A DNA stretch of 64,000 bases, taken from contig CAWKHF010000005.1 of the NCBI GenBank assembly GCA_963849325.1, positions 608,001 through 672,000 on the forward strand, read 5' to 3'. The notes beneath the pieces are model-generated. The model was not told where the DNA came from, searched no databases, and was given only the letters and a program-made list of their open reading frames with translations. The first letter of the stretch is position 1; each line of letters begins with the position of its first letter. A program made the translations under genes and the position numbers. Below, one piece after another: positions 32,390 through 43,684 of the stretch. The DNA is from an uncultured Planctomycetota bacterium. GTDB lineage: Bacteria; Planctomycetota; Planctomycetia; Gemmatales; Gemmataceae.

Positions 32390-35300
32390 GACTCACGAAG
32401 GTGAGTGGGCGGCTGGTTGATGTTTTCCGGGCGCGGGGCCACATGCGGCCCCGCGCCGAGCCGCGAGCGGCGGGTGGCCAGGCGGCGTGCGAAGCCCAGG
32501 GCGCAGAATGCTCATCAGGATGGCGCTGGTCCGCTGCATGAAGCGCGAGGCGAACAGGCGCGTCTCGCCGAGGCTGTCGATGGTGTAGAAGAAGACCGGC
32601 GTCAGGAAGATGCCGAACAGCGTCACGCCCAACATGCCGCTGAACACCGCCGTGCCCAGGGTGCGACGCATCTCGTGGCCGGCCCCGTGCGAGATCATCA
32701 ACGGCAGCACGCCGAGCACGAAGGCCAGCGACGTCATGATGATCGGCCGCAAACGCAGTTTGCACGCCGCCAGAGTGGCCTGGCGACGCGGCACACCCTC
32801 GCTGCGCTGCACCTTGGCGAACTCGACAATAAGGATGGCGTTCTTGCTGGCCAGGCCAACCAGCACCACGAATCCGATGCGCGTGAAGATGTTGATGTCC
32901 ATGTGCGCCAGGTTGACGCCGATGATGGCGCTGAGCAAGCACATGGGCACGACCAGGATGACGGCCAGGGGCAGCGACCAGTTTTCGTACTGAAAGGCCA
33001 GCACCAGGAAGACCATGAGCACGGCGAAGCCGAAGATTTTCGTGGCGTCGTCGCCGGACTTCACTTCCAGATAGGACATATCGGTCCATTCGTAGTTCAT
33101 GCCGCGCGGGAACTCCTCGCGGGCTAGTCTCTGCATGATGGCGATGGCGTCGAAGGAACTCATGCCGGGGCCGGCGCTGCCGTTAATCGCCGCGGCCGGA
33201 TACATGTTGTAACGAGTCAGCACCAGCGGGCCGTTGACTTCGCGCACCGTGGCCAGCGAGCCGAGAGGGACCATGTTGCCGCGGATGTTACGGACCTTCA
33301 AACGCGGCAAATCCTCCACCTGGTCGCGGAAGCGGGCGTCGGCCTGGACGATGACCTGCCAGGTACGGCCAAACAGGTTGAAATCGTTGACGTAGGTGGA
33401 GCCTTGATAAATGGCGAGGGTGTCGGCGAAATCCTTCATTTGCACGCCTTTGCTCAGACACTCGCGGGGATCGGGGTCGATGTGCAATTGCGGCACGTTG
33501 GCCCGGAACACCGAGAAGACGCCGGTCAGGCCCGTCGGCGGCGCCGGCTTGCCGTCGCTGCCGATCCCGTTGGCACGGCGGACCAGTTTCTCCATCTGCT
33601 TCTGAAGTTCCTGGACGCCGAGGTCGCCGCGATCCTCGATCATGAAGGCGAAACCGCCGGCGCGGCCGGCCCCGCGGACGGGAGGAGGACCGAAGACGGC
33701 CACCTGCGCGTCGGAGATCTGGTCGCCGAACTCCTTCCACAAGCGGGCGGCGATGACGGAACTGGCCAACTCGGGATCGCGGCGCTTGTTGTAGTCGTCG
33801 AGGTTGATGAACATCGAGCCGAAGTTGGAGCCGTAGGCGTTGAGCACGAACGATTGGCCGCGAATGGCCGTGGCGTGCAGGACGCCCGGCGTGTTGCGCG
33901 CGATGTTCTGCAGTTGCCGCATCACCGTGTCGGTGCGCTCGGCCGACGCCGAGTCGGGCAGCTGCACGTTGACCAGGAGATAGCCCATGTCCTGGGCGGG
34001 AATGAACCCCTTGGGCGTCTCGCGGAAACGCCAGATGGTCACGCCGACCAGCACGCCGTAGACGCCGAGGGTGAGGACGCTGAGACGCAGTGTCAGGCCG
34101 ACGGCGCTCGTGTACCAGCGAGTCGCCACGATGAAAGCGGCGTTGAAGAAGCGCAGCGATGAGCCAGCCGGCCACCGCGCCGACGCACCGCAGACACATG
34201 GTCGCCGCGGCGACCCACGGCAGACACGGCTGCAAGGAACAGCGTAGCGATGCCGGCAAGTGTCGAACGCCGTCGTCAACCGGAGTGCAGCCAGGTACTG
34301 TCAAGACCAGTCCAGCCCGCCCAGCCGCCAGCCAACCGCGGCAAGAACGCAGGCTGCGGCAGCGACGGTGCACCTTGTTCTTGTCCCGTGTCGTCCGAAG
34401 CAGCACGGCCGCCAACGCCGGACTCAAGGTCAGCGAGTTGAAGGCCGAGATGATCGTCGAAACCGAGATGGTCAGGGCGAACTGACGGAAGAAATGGCCG
34501 GTGATGCCGCTGATGAAGGCGCACGGCACGAACACGGCGCTGAGCACCAGGCCGACGGCGATGACCGGGCCGGATACCTGCTCCATCGCCTTGATCGTCG
34601 CCTCGCGCGGGGCCAGGCCGTGCTCGATGTGATGCTCGACGGCCTCGACGACGACGATGGCGTCATCGACGACAATGCCGATGGCCAGGACCAGGCCGAA
34701 CAACGTCAGGTTGTTCAGACTAAATCCCAGGGCCAGCATGACGGCGAAGGTGCCGACGATGGCCACGGGCACGGCGATCAACGGGATGATGGCCGAGCGC
34801 CAGTTCTGCAAGAACAACAGCACCACGACGGCGACGAGAATGATGGCGTCGCGCAGTGTGTTGAACACCTCCTTGATCGACTCGCTGGTGTACGGCGTGG
34901 TATCGAAAGCGACCTCGGCCACCATGCCTTCCGGAAAACTCTTCTCCAGCTCGTGCATCCGGGCCATGACCCGCTCGTGTACGTCCAGGGCGTTGGCGTC
35001 GGGCATCTGAAAGACGGCCAGGAAAATGGTGTCCCGGCCGTCGAAATTGACCGTGACGTCCAGGCTTTTGGCGCCCAACTGGACGCGCGCAACGTCCTTG
35101 AGACGGAGGACGCGGCCGTCCGGCGTCGTTCGCAGAATGATGTCCTCGAACTGCTCGGCCTCGGAGAGTCGGCCCAGCGTGTTGAGAGTGACCTGCGTCT
35201 GCTGCCCCTTGGCGATGGGCTGTTGGCCGATGGTGCCGGCGGCGACCTGGGCGTTCTGCTCGCGCAGGGCCAGGGCCACGTCCGAGGCGTTGAGGCTCCG

Positions 35301-35892
35301 CGCCGCCAGCCGCTCGGGGTCCACCCAGATGCGCATACTGTAATCTTGCTGGCCGAACAGGAGGATGTCGGCCACGCCCTCGACGCGAAGCAACTCGTCG
35401 CGCAGCTGGAGCAAGGCATAATTACTCAGATACAGCTGGTCGTAGCGGCCGTCCACCGAGTTGAGCGCCATGCCCATGAGAATGTCCGGCGAACGCTTGC
35501 GCGTGGTGACGCCGGTCTGCTTGACGACCGTCGGCAGCGACGGCAGGGCCAGGTTGACGCGGTTCTCCACCAGCACCTGCGCCATGTTCACATCGACGCT
35601 GTGCTCGAAGGTGACGCTCAGGTTGTACGAGCCGTCGTTGGTACACGAGGAGGACATGTACATCATGCCCTCGACGCCGTTGACCTGCTGCTCGACGGGC
35701 GCGGCGATCGGATTCGGCAACGTCCTTGGCGCTGGCGCCGGGGTACTGACACGTCACCGACACCGTGGGCGGCGAAATCTGCGGAAACTGGGCCAGGGGC
35801 AGATTAAAGGCGGCAATGCCTCCGGCCAGGGTGATGAAGACGGACAGCACCGCGGCGAAGATCGGTCGGTCGATGAAAAAGCGTGAGATCAA
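32390..35892 (-). CDS. Second RND efflux permease (HAE1/AcrB family); several frameshifts
   Basis: ORFs 35422..35892, 33288..35720 and 32393..34279 together carry the full AcrB motif set. Confidence 0.9.
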
Positions 35893-36012
35893 GGCCGATT
35901 CTCCCTCCGTCCGAGCCTGAAGCGTAAGCGAAGGGGATTTCTTCGCTTACGCTTCAGGCTCGGAGAGAAGCTCGCTCGCCCTCAACGTCCCTTGGTCCGT
36001 TTCCCTGGCCCC

Positions 36013-37271
36013 TTATCGTGATGCGGGGATGGCGCCCGGCGCTCGGCGGAGTGCGGGAGTTCGCCGACGACTGCGGCGCAGCGTCTTGGAAGGATCGACG
36101 GCATCGCTCGGCGGAGCGCTCACGGGCATCTCAACGTCCTTGAGCTTGACCTTGATGTCCGGCCTCACGCGCTGCAGACCGCTGACGACGACCTTTTCGT
36201 TCGGCGCCAGTCCCTTCTTGACAACGCGCAGACCCTCGTGCAGCCGGCCCAACTCGACCTTGCGATACTCCACCTTACCCTCCTGCTCGGCCGTGTTCTC
36301 GTCCTTGACGACGTAGACGAATTTCTGTCCCTGGTCGGTCACCAGGGCCTTCTCGGCGATGAGGATGGCCTGCTGCGGCTTGCCGATCGGCAGACGGACG
36401 CGCACGAACATGCCGGGAACGAGCAAGCTGTCCGCGTTCTCGAACGACCCGCGCACGCGCAGAGTGCCCGTGCCGAACGTCCACGTAAGTATCGAAGAAG
36501 TCCACGGCGCCCTTGTGCGGTCGGCCTTCCTCGTCGGCCAAACCCATCTCGACCGGCAGGCCCGTCGGAATCTTCGGGTAGAACGCCCTGGGCGATCAGG
36601 TCCACGACGCGCAGCACCGTGCGCTCGTCCACGTCGAAGTACGCCTTGATCGGATCGACGGCGCCGATGCTGGTCAGGATGGTATCGTCGGCCTTGACCA
36701 GGTTGCCGGGATCGATGGCGGTGCGGCTGATGCGGCCGCCGATCGGCGCATGGACCTTGGTGTAGCCCATGTTGACCTGGGCGATCTTGAGTTGCGCCTT
36801 GGCCGCTTTCTGCTTGCCCTCGGACATGACGTAAGCGCCGCGAAACTTGTTGCGCTCTTCGTCGCTGATCTCGGCGCCGCGCAGCCTCTGGACGCGAAGC
36901 CAATCCGCCTTGGCCTGCTCGTGCTGGCCTTGCGCCTCCAGCACGCTGCCCTCGGCGAGGGCCAACTGGGCCTCGTACAACTGTGGATCGATCTCGAAGA
37001 GCACGTCGCCCTTCTTGACCATTCCGCCTTCCTTGAAGTTGTACTTCAGCAGATAGCCGGTCACGCGGGCCCGGATCTGGATGGTCTGGTCCGATTCGAG
37101 CCGGCCGGAGAACTCTTCAAAATCGGTGATCTCCCTGGCCACCGGCGTGCTGACGTACACTTCCGGCGGCCCTTTCGCCGCCGGCGGCGGTTGATGCTTC
37201 TCGCAGCCGCCCAGAGCGACGCCGGCCAGCAGGCCGACAACAAGAACGCAGCTTCCCGGGATGCTTCTCAC
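36013..37271 (-). CDS. RND membrane fusion protein (AcrA-like lipoprotein); frameshifted
   Basis: LGGC lipobox, IRARVTGYL, LFEIDP, APIGGRI, PGMFVRVRL, GLQRVRP. Confidence 0.9.
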
Positions 37272-37942
37272 TTGTCCCTCCTTTCACCCACCGTGCCGCC
37301 GGTGCGGCGGCAACGTTCCGACTCGCTGAGGATGCCGTGGAAGACGACGTCCAGGATGTCCCGCGCCTGCGCCTCGACGGCGTGGCGCTGGCCGGTGAAG
37401 TAATTGGTGAACATGGTGCCGTACAGCAGGTTGCTCATCACGTCGGAGATGCGCTCCGGTGGGATGTCGCGGATACGGCCGACCGCGATCAGCGCGGCGT
37501 ACAGTGCTTGCCAGCGGCGCACGTTGACCTCGCGGTGCTCGAAGTAGGTCGGTTTCTTGCGGTCCTTGAACTGAGCGCGTTCCTGCATGAGCAGCTCGAC
37601 GTACTCGGGGTGCTCGGCGAAGAACGTCAGAAAGGCGCGGATGGCGACGGCGATGCGATCCAGCGGCTCGTCGATCCCTTCGATGCTGGCATCGACGCAC
37701 TGGCGCATCAGCCGCATGACGCGGTCGGCCGCCGCCAGGAACAACTCGCGTTTACTGGGAAAATAGCGGTAGATCGTGCCCTTGCCGACGCCCAGCTTCT
37801 CGGCCAGGAGCTGGGTGTCGGTATCGGTGTAGCCGTGCTCCGCGAACAGTTGCACGGCCGTTTCCAGGATCTGCTCCTGACGCTTGGCTCGCCGCAGCGG
37901 ATCGCTGGGCCGACCGGGTTTTCTCGCCGCCGTCTCTGTCAT
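37268..37942 (-). CDS. TetR/AcrR-family regulator
   Basis: ILETAVQLFAEHGY...LAEKLGVGKGTIYRYFPSK. Confidence 0.93.
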   Translation of the reverse strand: MTETAARKPGRPSDPLRRAKRQEQILETAVQLFAEHGYTDTDTQLLAEKLGVGKGTIYRYFPSKRELFLAAADRVMRLMRQCVDASIEGIDEPLDRIAVAIRAFLTFFAEHPEYVELLMQERAQFKDRKKPTYFEHREVNVRRWQALYAALIAVGRIRDIPPERISDVMSNLLYGTMFTNYFTGQRHAVEAQARDILDVVFHGILSESERCRRTGGTVGERRDK

Positions 37943-37962
37943 ATTGCGCTCCGTTGAGCGAC

Positions 37963-38013
37963 GGACTGAATACTCAGTCCCTCGAATAATAAACGGAACT
38001 GACTGGTCAGTCC
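37963..38013. promoter_or_regulatory. Two tandem palindromic operators, putative TetR sites
   Basis: GGACTGA-atac-TCAGTCC (37963-37980) and GAACTGA-ctgg-TCAGTCC (37996-38013) just upstream of tetR. Confidence 0.7.
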
Positions 38014-38079
38014 CTTATTTGTTGTTACTTTTTGCGCGCTCTCCTGTCAAGCGGAAAACGGATGCTCGATAAACAAGTT

Positions 38080-38152
38080 CTCCGTTTCGCCGCGACGCGC
38101 AGCGGAGCGCGGGAGCCTCCCGCGCTCCGCTGCGCGTCGCGGCTAAACGGAG
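38080..38152. repeat. REP-like palindrome family A
   Basis: Same arms as 5533-5606. Confidence 0.9.
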
Positions 38153-38223
38153 GGCCGCGGCGCCGCCTCCGTCGCTTCGTATAAAAGACCTCTTGCGAGG
38201 TTCATCCGGAAGGGGTTGGGTAC

Positions 38224-39126
38224 ATGGGACTGCTGGCCGCGTTGCTGAGCGCCGTTTTTTCGTCCTCGAAAGATCTGATGAGCAAGCGGTTGGCGTTGCG
38301 CCTGGACGGCACGGTTTCCGCGTTCGCCTCCTTCGCTTTCGCGCTGCCCTCTTACCTGCTGCTGCTGCTCGGCCTCGCGCTCCTCGGCCACGAGGCGTTC
38401 ACCTTCTCGCTGGCGTTCCTGACCCTGGTGCTGCTGCGCAGCCTCACCGACACCTTCGCGGAATGGATGAAGATGTACGCCTTGGCCCACGGCGACCTGT
38501 CGATGGTGTCGCTGATCTTCGCCTTCTCGCCGCTGTTTCTGCTCGTGACTTCGCCTCTGATCACGGAGGTGCCGCTGACGGTCGCGGACGTGGCGGCGGT
38601 CGTCTTGGTGGTGGGCGGCAGCATGTTGATGGTGTATCGTCCCTCGGCGCGTAGCTGGACTGGGCAGCGAAAGGGCATCTTCCTCGCCGTCGGCGCGTCG
38701 CTGTTTTTCAGCCTCAATGCGTGCTTCGATTTCCTGGCCGTGCGGAACGAATCGCGCCTCGCCTCGGGGTTTGCCACGGCGGTCTTCGCCGGTTTCGGCA
38801 TGACCTTGTTGTCCGCCGTGTTCCTCTTTCCTTTCGTCGCCGCCCGCGCCGATCGCCGGCAGGCGCTGTGGACGCACGGCGTCGGCTTCCTGATCCGGGG
38901 ACTTCTGGAAGCGACCTTCATGGTCTGCAAGTTGTATGCGCTGGAGTTTCTCGACGCGCCGGCTGTCGCGGCCGTGCAGCGGCTGTCGCTGCTGCTGGCC
39001 ATCATCGGCGGCCGCGTGTTCTTCAAGGAGGAGGATTTCGGCCGACGGCTGGCGGCCGGCGGGTTGATCGTGGCGGGCGTGTCCTTCGTCGTCTGGTGGC
39101 AACTGGGGAAACACTCTCCGCCGTAA
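38224..39126 (+). CDS. EamA/DMT-family transporter
   Basis: About 10 TM helices with internal duplication, ALAHGDLS, FFKE. Confidence 0.85.
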   Translation: MGLLAALLSAVFSSSKDLMSKRLALRLDGTVSAFASFAFALPSYLLLLLGLALLGHEAFTFSLAFLTLVLLRSLTDTFAEWMKMYALAHGDLSMVSLIFAFSPLFLLVTSPLITEVPLTVADVAAVVLVVGGSMLMVYRPSARSWTGQRKGIFLAVGASLFFSLNACFDFLAVRNESRLASGFATAVFAGFGMTLLSAVFLFPFVAARADRRQALWTHGVGFLIRGLLEATFMVCKLYALEFLDAPAVAAVQRLSLLLAIIGGRVFFKEEDFGRRLAAGGLIVAGVSFVVWWQLGKHSPP

Positions 39127-39130
39127 TACA

Positions 39131-39211
39131 GGTGTGTCGTTTCGCCGCGACGCGCAGCGGAGCGCGGAATACTCCCGCGCTCCGCTGCGCGTCGCGGCGA
39201 AACGACACACC
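39131..39211. repeat. REP-like palindrome family A
   Basis: TTTCGCC/GGCGAAA variant on both arms. Confidence 0.9.
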
Positions 39212-39225
39212 ATGTTGAGATCGCG

Positions 39226-40059
39226 TCAATTCTCGATTCTCACGCCGTAGCTCTTGAGGGCGTCGATCTGCTTCGTTTTCGCCGATTCCGAGAGTGGATT
39301 GCCGGCCAGGTAGAGACGGAGGAACGGCGCGAAACGTCGTTGTCCCTCGGCGTCGGCCTTGGCCCAATCGACCAGCGGCTTCAGGTCGGTGATTTTGTTT
39401 TTCTCTAGCAGCAGCAGGTTCAACTCGGTTTGCTTCGTCAGCGGCGCCAGATCGGCGATCTGGTTCTCGCGCAGCTCCAACGTCATGATCCGCGTCACCT
39501 TGGTCAGCGCGGATATGTCCTGGATCTGATTGCGGCCCAGGTACAACGACGACAGCCGGGTCAAGGTGCCGAGGGGCTTGAGGTCGCGGATCTGGTTGCC
39601 GGTCAGGTACAGCGAGGCCATACTGGTGAGGGACTTCAGCGCGTCCACGTTGCCGATATGGTTGTTCGAGAGTTCGAGGTACTGGAGCTTCGTCAATCCG
39701 GCCAGCGGCGCGACGTCGCGGACCTTGTTACCGGCCAGGTCGAGATACTGGAGATTGACGAGGTCTTTCAGAGGTTTCAGGTCGGCGATCTCGTTGTGCG
39801 CGAGTTTGAGCTGAGCGAGGTTCTTGCACTTTTCGAGTCCGGCCAGGTCGCGGATGCTCTTGCCGTCGGCTTCCAGGATGTAAACGTTCTTGAGCTTGTC
39901 GTCGCTCAGAGGCGCGGACGGTTCGCGGAGAACTTCGCGCACGGCGGCTTCCAGGTTCTTGTCGGCGAACGGCGCCGCCGACAGACCCCCCGCCGGGACG
40001 TGCAGACACAGGACGGAGAAGGACAGAACGACATAGATTTTCATCCACGATGGATACAT
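39226..40059 (-). CDS. Secreted leucine-rich repeat (internalin-like) protein
   Basis: 22-aa LxxLxLxxNxIxDLxPL repeats; FADKNLEAAVR cap. Confidence 0.9.
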   Translation of the reverse strand: MYPSWMKIYVVLSFSVLCLHVPAGGLSAAPFADKNLEAAVREVLREPSAPLSDDKLKNVYILEADGKSIRDLAGLEKCKNLAQLKLAHNEIADLKPLKDLVNLQYLDLAGNKVRDVAPLAGLTKLQYLELSNNHIGNVDALKSLTSMASLYLTGNQIRDLKPLGTLTRLSSLYLGRNQIQDISALTKVTRIMTLELRENQIADLAPLTKQTELNLLLLEKNKITDLKPLVDWAKADAEGQRRFAPFLRLYLAGNPLSESAKTKQIDALKSYGVRIEN

Positions 40060-40098
40060 ACGCGACCTCCCCGAAGCATCAGGTTGTGGCTCTCGCCG

Positions 40099-40821
40099 TC
40101 AACGGAAGATTTTCGCTTGCGGTAAGGCCACTTTCAAGTCCTCGACGCCGGCATCGGTCACGCGCGTTTGCAGGAGGCATAGCTCCCGCAGATTGGACAG
40201 GCCCGTCAGGGACATCAAGCCCCGGTCGGTGATGGCGCTGCCGCCCACCGTCAACTTCCGCAGGTTGGGGCAGCTCGCCAGGAGGGCGAGACTGCGATCG
40301 GTGACGGCCGTGTGAAACAGGGCCAGATCCTGGAGGTTGGACAGGCCGCGGAGGGCCGAAAGTCCGTCGTCGCCGATCCGCGTGTCGTTGAGATACAACG
40401 TCCGCAGGTTGGGCAGACTTCGCAAGCAAGGCAGGGCGGCGTCGCTGATGGACGTGGCGGAGAGGTTCAACGTCTGGAGTTCCGGCAGGCCGCGCAAGCG
40501 CTCCAGGTTCGCGTCGGTGAAGTCGGTCTCGTACAGGTTCAGCTCGGCGAGTTTCGTCAGCGGACCCAGGCAAGCCAGCACGGCCGCGACGTTGCGGAGT
40601 CCGTGCAGATCGGCGCGGACGACGAGTTGATCCGATTCCTCCCCATCCAACTGAACGGCGCCTCCTTTTTTGTGGATGGCCGTAATGATCTGTTGTCGCC
40701 TCTCCTTCGCGTCGGAGACGGTGGCCGGCCCGGAAAGGATGCCGCGCGTGCCGAATGGATCACTCATGCAGCCCGCTGTCAGCGGCAGAAGGCCTAGCGT
40801 TAGGGACAGGAAGATGCGCAT
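40099..40821 (-). CDS. Leucine-rich repeat lipoprotein
   Basis: LTAGC lipobox; LxxLxLxxTxxTD 24-aa repeats. Confidence 0.8.
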   Translation of the reverse strand: MRIFLSLTLGLLPLTAGCMSDPFGTRGILSGPATVSDAKERRQQIITAIHKKGGAVQLDGEESDQLVVRADLHGLRNVAAVLACLGPLTKLAELNLYETDFTDANLERLRGLPELQTLNLSATSISDAALPCLRSLPNLRTLYLNDTRIGDDGLSALRGLSNLQDLALFHTAVTDRSLALLASCPNLRKLTVGGSAITDRGLMSLTGLSNLRELCLLQTRVTDAGVEDLKVALPQAKIFR

Positions 40822-41040
40822 ACCGTCGTCCTTCCGGAAGGTCGAGGCGCGCAACGGTCTGTGCGGGATGGGGCCGCCTCCGACCAGAGGCGAGACATAA
40901 CAGCGAACCGCTCCGAGAACAAGCGATCTCTCGCTGATCCTCGATTGGATTGAACGTTGGCCTCGGGGCCGGCAGCGTTAGCGAGGGCAGTTCGGCCCTC
41001 GCTAACGCTGCCGGCCCCGAGAGAATCACGATCCGGATGG

Positions 41041-41930
41041 TTAGAAGTTGATCTGTACGACCTCGCCATACCCCCGGGTGGCTAGCGCGAGCAGGATGTT
41101 GACGTTGAGGTTGCTCTGGCCGAAGCGAACCGAGCCGTCGGCGAACAACAGGTTGGCCCCCGCGCTGTGGAAGCTGTACACCTCGTTGTTGTTCGTGCAG
41201 TTGATGGCGCACGGCCCGGGTTGGGAGCTGGTGGCCGGATTGTACCCGTTGATGTCGATCTCGGTGCTCGGGTTGCCCCACGCCCCGGTAGTGCCGCTCG
41301 TCGACGTCATCTTGCCCATCACCCACGTCTGGTTTCGGCCCGCGTCCTCGCCCAGCAAGATCGTGTTGGACGTCCCGTCGGTGATTTCGGTGATCTGCCG
41401 CCGGACGTTATGCCCCAGAACGCCGATGAACGTCGGGTCGCTCGGTGGCATGTTGGTGATGAACGAGTTGGGACGAACGACCTGGTTGACCGGCGAGTAG
41501 TCGATGACCTCGCGCTTGTTGGTGCCCAGCCGGCTCGACGAGTCCGGGGCGGAAGGGCAGAGGAACATGGCGATCTTGGTTTCGACCACCCCGGTACCGC
41601 TGACGTTGTTGGGGGCGGTGGTCCAGGCGACGTTGAAATTGTAGATGCTGTACAGCGCCTGCTGCTCGATGTAGGGCAGAATGAATGGCGTCCAGGTGTG
41701 CAGCGGAGTGTCCTGCTTGCCGGGCGGGAACCCGCCCTGGGCATCATGGTGGTTGTGCAGACCCAGACCGAGTTGCTTGAGGTTGTTGGTACACCTCGGC
41801 GCGAGGCGGCCTCGCGGACCTTCTGCACCGCCGGCAGCAACAGGCCGATCAAGATGGCGATGATAGCGATCACCACCAGCAGCTCAATCAGCGTGAAGCC
41901 GCGTCGATCCCTGGTGTTGGACGAAGACAT
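41041..41930 (-). CDS. DUF1559 prepilin-type protein; frameshifted
   Basis: [14 protein letters not shown]...[27 protein letters not shown]. Confidence 0.88.
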
Positions 41931-42313
41931 GGGGCACCTCATCGTTAATGCGGGAATGATTCCCAAGAAGTTCGCGCGGAGAGGAACGAGAACCGTTCCC
42001 TCCAACGAACTGCCCCCTATCGTACCGCCGGGAGCAACCGTTGACAATGAAGAAAACGTAAGAAAAGAGGGCGGCCCGAAATGCATGGATCAGCCTGGCG
42101 AATGCGACATGGGCTCCGAGCCGCGAGCGTCAGCGAGCAGGCTGGCCTGACCGCTCGCTGACGCTCGCGTCTCGGATCAGGGAGAGGGAATGCTACTGGC
42201 GAACGAGTGCGCTTCGGAGTATGGTAGCGGGTGCGGTGGAGAGGAAAGTCCGGCGTCCCGGCGAATACTCGTCTCGATACTCCGACCCACCCGATTCCAC
42301 CAAGGAGATGCCC

Positions 42314-43684
42314 CGTGTACGTCCTCTTCTCGCGCCCTTCGTGCTCTCTACTGTTCCGCTGGATCATAGTGCTGGCGGCGTGCCTGGGCGTCTCGTCGTC
42401 CTGTGGCGCCGCCGCGCCGCCCAACGTCCTCTTCATCCTCGCGGACGACCTCGGCTACGGCGACCTGGGTTGCTACGGGCAGAAGCTCATTCAAACGCCG
42501 AACCTGGATCGGTTGGCGGCGGGGGGAATGCGTTTCACGCAGGCTTACGCCGGCGCCACCGTGCTGCGCGCCGTCGCGCTGCTCCCTGATGACGGGCCGA
42601 CACAACGGACATGCCTCCATCCGCGGCAACCGAGAGATCAAGCCCGAGGGGCAAGTGCCCATGCCGGCGAACACGTTCACCGTGGCCCACTTGATGAAGC
42701 GAGCCGGCTACCGCACGGGAATCATCGGCAAATGGGGCCTCGGCCATCCCGGCTCCGACAGCACGCCGGACAAGATGGGGTTCGATTACTTCTTTGGCTA
42801 CAACTGTCAACGAAAGGCCCACGAATATTACCCGGAGTACCTGTGGCGCAACAACGAAAAGGTGATGCTCAACGGCCGGAAATATTCGCACGACCTGATG
42901 GCCGACGAGGCGCTGGCGTTTGTACGACGGAACCAGACGAAGCCGTTCTTTCTTTATCTCGCGTTCACCATCCCGCACGCCCAGTTGCAAGTGCCGGACC
43001 TTGGACCTTACGCCAAGGAAGCCTGGCCGGAGAACTTAAAAAAATTGGCGGCGATGATCACGCGGATGGACCGCGACGTGGGCCGGCTGATGGCGCTGTT
43101 GAAAGAACTGCAGTTGGACGAACGGACGCTGGTGATTTTCGCCAGCGATAACGGCGCGGCTTATCGGGACAAGTTGTTCCACCATTCCGGGCCGCTGCGT
43201 GGGATGAAGCGCGATATGTACGAAGGTGGTATCCGCACGCCGGTCCTGGCGTACTGGCCCGGACACGTGCAACGAGGGGCCGTGAGCGAACAGGTTTGGG
43301 CGTTCTGGGACGTTCTGCCCACGCTGGCCGCGCTGACGGGTCAGCGAGCGCCCGCGGAGGGAGACGGCATTTCCATTCTGCCGGCGCTGCTGGAAAACAA
43401 GACTGTCCCCCATCCGCCGCTGTACTGGGAGTTTCACGAGCGCGGGTTTGACCAGGCGGCCCGCATCGGCGACTGGAAGGCCGTCCGCCGCGGCGGGCCG
43501 AAAAGTCCCATCGAGCTGTACGATCTGAAAACGGATGGCGCCGAAGAACACGACGTTGCCGCCCAACACCCCGACGTGGTGAAACAGTTCGCGGACTACT
43601 TCCGGACGGCGCACGGAGTCCAAGCTGTGGCCCGTCCGCGAACCCGTCAAAAAGCAACCGCGAACCAAGGAGGGTACTCCATGA
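42314..43684 (+). CDS. Arylsulfatase-family sulfatase; frameshifts near 42560 and 43610; start approximate
   Basis: [47 protein letters not shown]. Confidence 0.88.
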
